64,000 nt of DNA from Candidatus Multivoradales bacterium. GTDB lineage: Bacteria > Acidobacteriota > Thermoanaerobaculia > Multivoradales > JAHEKO01. Shown here one piece after another: positions 60,686-64,000 of this stretch. Positions within the stretch are counted from its first letter, which is position 1. Every line of letters begins with the position of its first letter. The DNA lies in assembly GCA_965223855.1 (NCBI GenBank), contig CBDCXM010000009.1, positions 1,510,206-1,574,205 on the forward strand. The letters run 5' to 3'. Below the pieces are notes generated by a model. It saw nothing but the letters and a program-made list of their open reading frames with translations. It was not told where the DNA came from and ran no database searches. Both the position numbers and the translations under genes were made by a program.

Positions 60686-60937
60686 CTACCGAATCAGCTT
60701 GCGTCTAGCAGGCTTCTCCACGAACTCGACAGCAGAGTCGTCGCCCAGGGCCTTCAGGAGTTGCTTCTCAATGGACTCGTCGGAGGCCTCCACCACATAC
60801 AGTGCCGCAAGTTCCGGGTCGGTCACGTCGGCGAAGAGGCGGCGCGCTGTCAGAGCTCCACCCTCTGAGAGCTTCGTGAGCAAGTCCTCTCGAACTTCAG
60901 GAGGTGTTTCGCTGAGGAACTTGAAGTGAACCGCCAT
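60686..60937 (-). CDS. Small (83 aa) protein translationally coupled downstream of the S8 protease
   Basis: Start abuts the stop of the subtilase gene. Confidence 0.4.
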   Translation of the reverse strand: MAVHFKFLSETPPEVREDLLTKLSEGGALTARRLFADVTDPELAALYVVEASDESIEKQLLKALGDDSAVEFVEKPARRKLIR

Positions 60938-62272
60938 CTACTCGACGAGGCTAGCCAACGACGCCTCCAGATTCAACAGGCCATGACCGTAGCCCTCAGT
61001 CCAGGCGCCTCCCATTCCCCTCAGACGTGTGCAGGTCTCCACAAGTTGCCGCTTGACGCCGGCAGGGTCAAGGCTGGCGAACTTTGACATGACGAGGCTC
61101 GCGGCCGCCGCTACGTAGGGGGTCGCCATGGATGTGCCGCTCCATGCAGCGTAATTTGTCTCTCGCCGGTTCGCAATTCGCGACGCATAGCTGGGCAAAG
61201 TCGACAGGATGTTGGACCCTGGGGCGACCAGGTCGATGTGTTTGCCGGTGTTGGAAAAGCTCGAGCGCTGCATGGTCTCATCGATTGAGCCCACGGCGAG
61301 AACGCCATCATAGGCGGCAGGGTACTCGGTTGGGTTCCCTTCGTGGTACTCGTTTCCCATTGCTGCAACAGCGAGGATTCCCTCCTCTTCGAGCCTGCGG
61401 AAGAGCATCGCTTCTACCTGCGAATGGGATGTTCCACCGATGCTCAGGTTGACGACTCCAACATCCGCCGTTCGAGTCTCATGCAGGGCGGCGAAGTAGC
61501 GCTCAGCATCGACGTAGAACTGGCCGGACGGGTCCGGCTCGTCCTCGAAGATCTTCCAAGCTTTGATCTCGCAGCGCGCGGCACCTGAGATGCCCACTGC
61601 ATTGTTCACGTCTGCGGCCAGAATGCCTGCGACGTGGGTGCCGTGACCGATCAGATCCTCTGACCTCAGGCCTCGGTGGTGGTGCTCAGTCAGGCTCGAG
61701 AGCTCGGGGTGCTCGTCGTCGACTCCAGTATCGAGGACTGCAACGGCGCGACCTGGAGTGGCCTCCGCCTCGAAGAAGCGAATGGCTCGCAGACCCCACT
61801 GCAGATTCCGAAAGGGTTCGGGGCGAGCCCCTTGTCGAGCGCTCAGCCACCGCACGGGCAGTCTCTCGGCGAACTCGAAGGCATCGGAGCCTCTGAGCGC
61901 AGCCAGTGCTTCATCGGTGTCGGTGGCCGGATCGAGTTGGGCCACGCTGATTCCGGAAAGAGACTCGCTGTCCGAGTCGACCACGCTGGAAAGGAGATTC
62001 ACGGTCTGCTCGGTGGCGTCAGCGGCTTGGAAGCGCCTTAGCCCAATCCTGCGTGCTGAGAATGGGGCGCTCATCTTGGAGAGGCCAGCGTTGGTTCTGA
62101 GATAGCGCAAGGGCTGCGCAACCTGCGCCGGCAGGCTCGCGGGCTTGATCGAGGAGAAGACCAGCGGCTTTCCGGTGAGGGCGGGCGCCACGGCATCCGC
62201 CTTCACCTTCAAGACGATCTTTCCTCTCGAGGACTGCGGGCGGGTGCCTCTCGGTTGGGAGAAAGTCGGCAT
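60938..62272 (-). CDS. Subtilisin-like serine protease (peptidase S8) lacking an obvious signal peptide
   Basis: Catalytic D/H/S contexts 'VLDTGVD', 'HGTHVAG' and 'GTSMATP'. An N-terminal ~190-aa non-catalytic region. Confidence 0.85.
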   Translation of the reverse strand: MPTFSQPRGTRPQSSRGKIVLKVKADAVAPALTGKPLVFSSIKPASLPAQVAQPLRYLRTNAGLSKMSAPFSARRIGLRRFQAADATEQTVNLLSSVVDSDSESLSGISVAQLDPATDTDEALAALRGSDAFEFAERLPVRWLSARQGARPEPFRNLQWGLRAIRFFEAEATPGRAVAVLDTGVDDEHPELSSLTEHHHRGLRSEDLIGHGTHVAGILAADVNNAVGISGAARCEIKAWKIFEDEPDPSGQFYVDAERYFAALHETRTADVGVVNLSIGGTSHSQVEAMLFRRLEEEGILAVAAMGNEYHEGNPTEYPAAYDGVLAVGSIDETMQRSSFSNTGKHIDLVAPGSNILSTLPSYASRIANRRETNYAAWSGTSMATPYVAAAASLVMSKFASLDPAGVKRQLVETCTRLRGMGGAWTEGYGHGLLNLEASLASLVE

Positions 62273-62308
62273 TTAGAACTCCTGCGAAAATGGTTGGTCG
62301 TCCGTTCT

Positions 62309-63088
62309 CTACAGAGCTCGGGCGATGCGGATCCTGTTCCTGAGATCATCAAGTTCCAGGGATGCGTCCTTGGCGGCGGGAGCTTCCGACCCGACACCGG
62401 TGTGGCCGTCGTTCTGAATCGAGCCGATCACTTGTTCGACGGCGCCTAGTTGCTCGTCTTTGGACTTCTTGCGTTCCTCGTAGTCCTTCTTGATGCCGAG
62501 CGCGCCGGTGTATCCAGTCCAACCAGCACCCACGATGATGGCTTGGAGAAGGTCTCTTGCGAGAGCAGAAGCAAAGAAGGCGCCCAGAACCGCATAGAAG
62601 AACGCGGCGACAGTGAACAAGCGCCAGCGCTCTCGATTGAGACTCTTTTCTAGCCTCGCCACCGCGGTGTTGAGCGCCTCGACCTCATCGGCGGCCGCTC
62701 CTGGCTTCGCCACAGCGAGCAGGCGCTGGTAGAGCAACTCGAGCCGCGCCCCACCGGCGTCGAGCCGAGCCTGTGCCGCGATGCCGGGAACGTTGCCGCC
62801 TATCAGCGAGAAGAGGGTGATCAGAGCACCCACCAATCCCAGTGCGGCATAGAAGCCCCCCTCGTGCCAACGAATCTCGTCGCCCTCGATCCAGTGAAAG
62901 AGAACGGTTCGGTTCTCAGAAGAGTCGGCCTTGTTGTCGTCGCTGAGTTGTTTCTCTTCCTCCGGTTCTTGCTGGGTAGTCACCAGAGGGGAGGCCTCCG
63001 GCGACGCTTCCGTCTGTGCAGTGACTTGTCCGGTTTGGGTGGCCACGAGGAAGACAACGGCCGCCAGGCATCGATACATGTTTGTCAT
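62309..63088 (-). CDS. Secreted/membrane hypothetical protein
   Basis: Signal peptide, acidic linker, two TM-like helices. Confidence 0.45.
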   Translation of the reverse strand: MTNMYRCLAAVVFLVATQTGQVTAQTEASPEASPLVTTQQEPEEEKQLSDDNKADSSENRTVLFHWIEGDEIRWHEGGFYAALGLVGALITLFSLIGGNVPGIAAQARLDAGGARLELLYQRLLAVAKPGAAADEVEALNTAVARLEKSLNRERWRLFTVAAFFYAVLGAFFASALARDLLQAIIVGAGWTGYTGALGIKKDYEERKKSKDEQLGAVEQVIGSIQNDGHTGVGSEAPAAKDASLELDDLRNRIRIARAL

Positions 63089-63114
63089 CTCTCAATCTCC
63101 TTCTTGGGGCCTGC

Positions 63115-64000
63115 CTATGGTTGGCTCGCGGCGGTGTTCCATGACTTGAGGTTCGACACGACGCGATTGTTGATGCGGACCGCTTGGTTCAAACCGCCGA
63201 GGCCCCCGGCGTGGATACCGACGACCTGCCTAGAGTTGCCGTCCTTTCTCCACAGAGGCCCGCCGCTTTGCCCCTTGTTCGTGTCCAAGGTGTAGCCCAG
63301 AGAGTTCGGCCGCAGGGTGGAGATGCGCCTCGCGTGCCACCACAACGTCCACTCGGGCTTGTCGTGGGGGTAGCCAGCCAGGTTGACGGAAGCTGACTGG
63401 AGCTGAGCATCGGTGACTGTGCCGAACCCGAACCAGCCCAAAGAATGTCCGGGGGCCGACCCACCTGTGATGAGGATCGCTCCGTAGTCGAGTTCCGGAT
63501 CTCGGTCACGCGTCCAACCCGCAACGCTTCTGAAGGTCCGTGCAGTGAGAGTCTCTTGAGCTTGACGATCTCCGCTCCGACCGGGCATGACGGCGATACT
63601 TCTGGCCCACCCGCCATCGCGATGCGAGTAGACGCAGTGGCCAGCGGTCACGACCAGGCGTGGCCCGGCCAGCCAACCGGTGCCGATCTGGGTGGGGCCG
63701 GTCGGAAAGTCGATCTCCAGCGCGCAGATTGCTCGCCAAGGGTAGGCGCTGGTCGAACGGATCTCCTGTCGATCATCGCGGCCGAACACGGTCTTTGGCG
63801 TGATTGCTCGCGTTGAGTGGGCCAGCCGAACCCCGGCATCCAGCGCTCGACCGAGAAACTGCCGGAACTGGTCGGCCGGGCGATCGAACTCGATCACGCT
63901 GCGATCGGCGGGCTCAATCTCGAGTCCGTTGGGTCCTGTGCTCGTATGGAGGTCTCGGCCTTGGCCGCTACTTCCGAGCCGGTAGCTGTGTTTCACGAGG
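63115..64000 (-). CDS. Trypsin-like serine protease (S1B/glutamyl-endopeptidase-like), 5'-truncated at window edge
   Basis: 'VVTAGHCV' and 'GQSGGPL' motifs. No signal peptide seen before the edge, so the gene probably starts beyond nt 64000. Confidence 0.75.
   Translation of the reverse strand, partial: LVKHSYRLGSSGQGRDLHTSTGPNGLEIEPADRSVIEFDRPADQFRQFLGRALDAGVRLAHSTRAITPKTVFGRDDRQEIRSTSAYPWRAICALEIDFPTGPTQIGTGWLAGPRLVVTAGHCVYSHRDGGWARSIAVMPGRSGDRQAQETLTARTFRSVAGWTRDRDPELDYGAILITGGSAPGHSLGWFGFGTVTDAQLQSASVNLAGYPHDKPEWTLWWHARRISTLRPNSLGYTLDTNKGQSGGPLWRKDGNSRQVVGIHAGGLGGLNQAVRINNRVVSNLKSWNTAASQP

Overview
This is a high-GC (roughly 68-70%) bacterial chromosomal segment, tightly packed with genes on both strands and with no rRNA, CRISPR array or obvious transposase/integrase. 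Protein families present (a TIGR03436-type 'VWFA-related Acidobacterial domain' protein, a choice-of-anchor-Q protein, many secreted repeat/beta-propeller proteins) point to an Acidobacteria-like soil bacterium. That taxonomic placement is an inference.

Main content, in order along the window:
- A divergent katG-oxyR oxidative-stress pair with tandem ATAG/CTAT OxyR half-sites in the shared promoter.
- Secreted hydrolases: two amidohydrolases, an S1 trypsin-like protease and a beta-lactamase-family serine hydrolase.
- A fibre-like secreted protein with a small secreted partner.
- An orphan ExbB/TolQ-like proton-channel protein.
- A large purine/urate catabolic supercluster: a guanine-deaminase-like amidohydrolase, an NCS2 purine permease, allantoinase, an allantoicase::OHCU-decarboxylase fusion, 5-hydroxyisourate hydrolase, a CitE/HpcH-like protein, a three-subunit xanthine dehydrogenase, and a candidate PuuD/DUF989-like membrane protein. 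The allantoinase gene is interrupted by three frameshifts. No canonical uricase is present in the window.
- A lipase, followed by a self-contained tiny gene (consensus promoter, 41-codon ORF, terminator) and a tRNA region containing one truncated tRNA-like element and one tRNA with an aberrant anticodon loop.
- SPFH proteins, a UbiA prenyltransferase, a rhodanese-like protein, a TlpA-like thioredoxin, a secreted caspase(C14)-Sel1-repeat fusion, a PQQ-type beta-propeller protein and a choice-of-anchor-Q protein.
- A VOC-family pseudogene.
- An R-body-like (reb) locus with three RebB-family paralogs plus a protein carrying a histone-H1-like Lys/Ala-rich tail.
- A Bax-inhibitor-1-family (BI-1) membrane protein whose upstream region carries a perfect (CT)30 microsatellite shared with a divergent VWA gene.
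- A lower-GC 3' island with an S8 subtilase lacking a signal peptide and an S1B protease.

Several genes carry homopolymer-associated frameshifts. This is either genuine gene decay or indel-type assembly error.

The candidates for a new system are the reb locus, the caspase-Sel1 protein, and a C-terminal 'FEDGFESGD-SAWS-TVP' tail shared by two unrelated secreted repeat proteins.
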